Assembly (NCBI GenBank): GCA_964400015.1
Contig: CAYNRR010000008.1
Span: 644 to 64,643 of the forward strand
Direction: 5' to 3'
DNA length: 64,000 bases
Source of the DNA: an uncultured Eubacteriales bacterium
Lineage (GTDB): Bacteria; Bacillota; Clostridia; TANB77; UBA1234
The notes beneath the pieces were generated by a model. The model was not told the origin of the DNA and did no database searches. It saw nothing but the letters and a program-made list of their open reading frames with translations. Below are positions 63,250 through 64,000 of this stretch, piece by piece. The position numbers and the translations under genes are program-made. Each line of letters starts with the position of its first letter. Within the stretch, counting starts at the first letter, position 1.

Positions 63250-63318
63250 TAGTATAAGAATGTTATAATATATATAAGTATGTATAAAACAATCGAATGA
63301 TGAGAGGGCGTGATAGAT

Positions 63319-64000
63319 ATGAAAAACAAAAAAGGAATATCAATGCTGTCAGTTGTAATTACTGTAATAGTAATTATCATATTATCTACAATCGTAATAA
63401 CAAGTTCTTCAAACTCGATATATCAAGCTGGTGAAAACAAAATAATTCAAGAGTTGGCAGAAGTTAAAAAAGGTGTAGATTCTGTGAGATTGACCAATGC
63501 CAAAACAGGAAAAACAGATGAAGAAACTATCAATAAAGGATTTATAAAAGTTAGAGTAGAAAATCCACCGGAAAATTTCGTGAGCTTTGATGAGGACAAA
63601 TCAACAGGCTACGTTGTGGATTTATCAGTAATAGATTATGAAAAATTAAAAACAGGTCGAGGTTATTTAACGCTAATGAAAGACGATATCGTAACATTCG
63701 ATGAAGATGATGTTTATTTGTATGATAATGCTGGAAAAGTTTATTATGCAAAAGGATATCAAATAGGCGAAGATGACGTATCTTATACAGCAGATAACGA
63801 TAAAAGAAAAGAAGGCCCTATAATTGAAGTTATAAGTACGAGCGATGGAGTAATCAAAGTAAAAGTAACTCCAATATACGGTGGAACAATTTCAAGTGTA
63901 ATGATAGGCACGAAGAGAGCAACAACATCAGATGGACTAAACTTTGAATTACCAGTAAATAAAAACGGCTCGTACAAAATAATAGCAACTGAAGAAGGTG
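63319..64000 (+). CDS. Third giant surface-protein paralog (paralog C). N-terminal 227 codons only; continues past the window end.
   Basis: MKNKKGISMLSVVITVIVIIIL... The N-domain aligns with 46058 and gene A (ENPPENFVSFDEDKSTGYVVDLS, DDVYLYDNAGKVYYAKGYQ). Extended -10 TGTTATAAT at 63261. Confidence 0.75.
   Translation, partial: MKNKKGISMLSVVITVIVIIILSTIVITSSSNSIYQAGENKIIQELAEVKKGVDSVRLTNAKTGKTDEETINKGFIKVRVENPPENFVSFDEDKSTGYVVDLSVIDYEKLKTGRGYLTLMKDDIVTFDEDDVYLYDNAGKVYYAKGYQIGEDDVSYTADNDKRKEGPIIEVISTSDGVIKVKVTPIYGGTISSVMIGTKRATTSDGLNFELPVNKNGSYKIIATEEG

Overview
Low-GC (about 28% GC) Firmicutes/Clostridia-like chromosomal replication-origin region. The core is the classic oriC neighbourhood: gyrB-remB-recF-dnaN-[DnaA boxes]-dnaA-[DnaA boxes, AT-rich]-rpmH-rnpA-yidC-jag-mnmE-mnmG-rsmG-[parS]-soj-spo0J-DUF4446. 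Further right come tRNA-Ser x2, maf, an MBL hydrolase, an SLH surface protein, a 3D-domain protein, rsmA and a REC-GGDEF regulator. Three things are not ordinary. (1) At least three paralogous giant surface-protein genes: 1..6803 on the minus strand (partial), 46058..59629 on the plus strand (4523 aa) and 63319..end on the plus strand (partial). All three share a prepilin-like N-terminus (MKxxKG[IV]SM[VL]S[LV]VIT), and the two long ones also carry a tandem Cys-rich module and 26-residue BspA/DUF285-type repeats organised into about 500-600 aa super-repeats (the complete gene at 46058 additionally has Listeria-Bacteroides (Flg_new) and MBG-like repeats); the third is seen for only 227 codons of the shared N-terminal domain. 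The two large copies are inverted relative to each other on either side of oriC. (2) A tandem pair of Rpn-family (PD-(D/E)xK, YhgA-like) nuclease/putative-transposase units sits right after the 46 kb giant gene. Its unit boundary sequence is also the last 24 bp of the giant gene. (3) An accessory island next to tRNA-Pro (about 12.1-20.7 kb) breaks the replication-strand gene bias. It carries three class II aminoacyl-tRNA-synthetase paralogs (HisRS-like, AsnRS/AspRS-core-only, ProRS-like), a SAM methyltransferase, two S66 LD-carboxypeptidase (MccF/LdcA-like) genes (one killed by two frameshifts), an AbiEi-like remnant, and two compositionally foreign GC-rich mini-cistrons. The island is a candidate undescribed aminoacyl-adenylate-type metabolite biosynthesis/self-immunity system. 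The many antisense ORFs inside the giant genes and across the tRNAs are artefacts.
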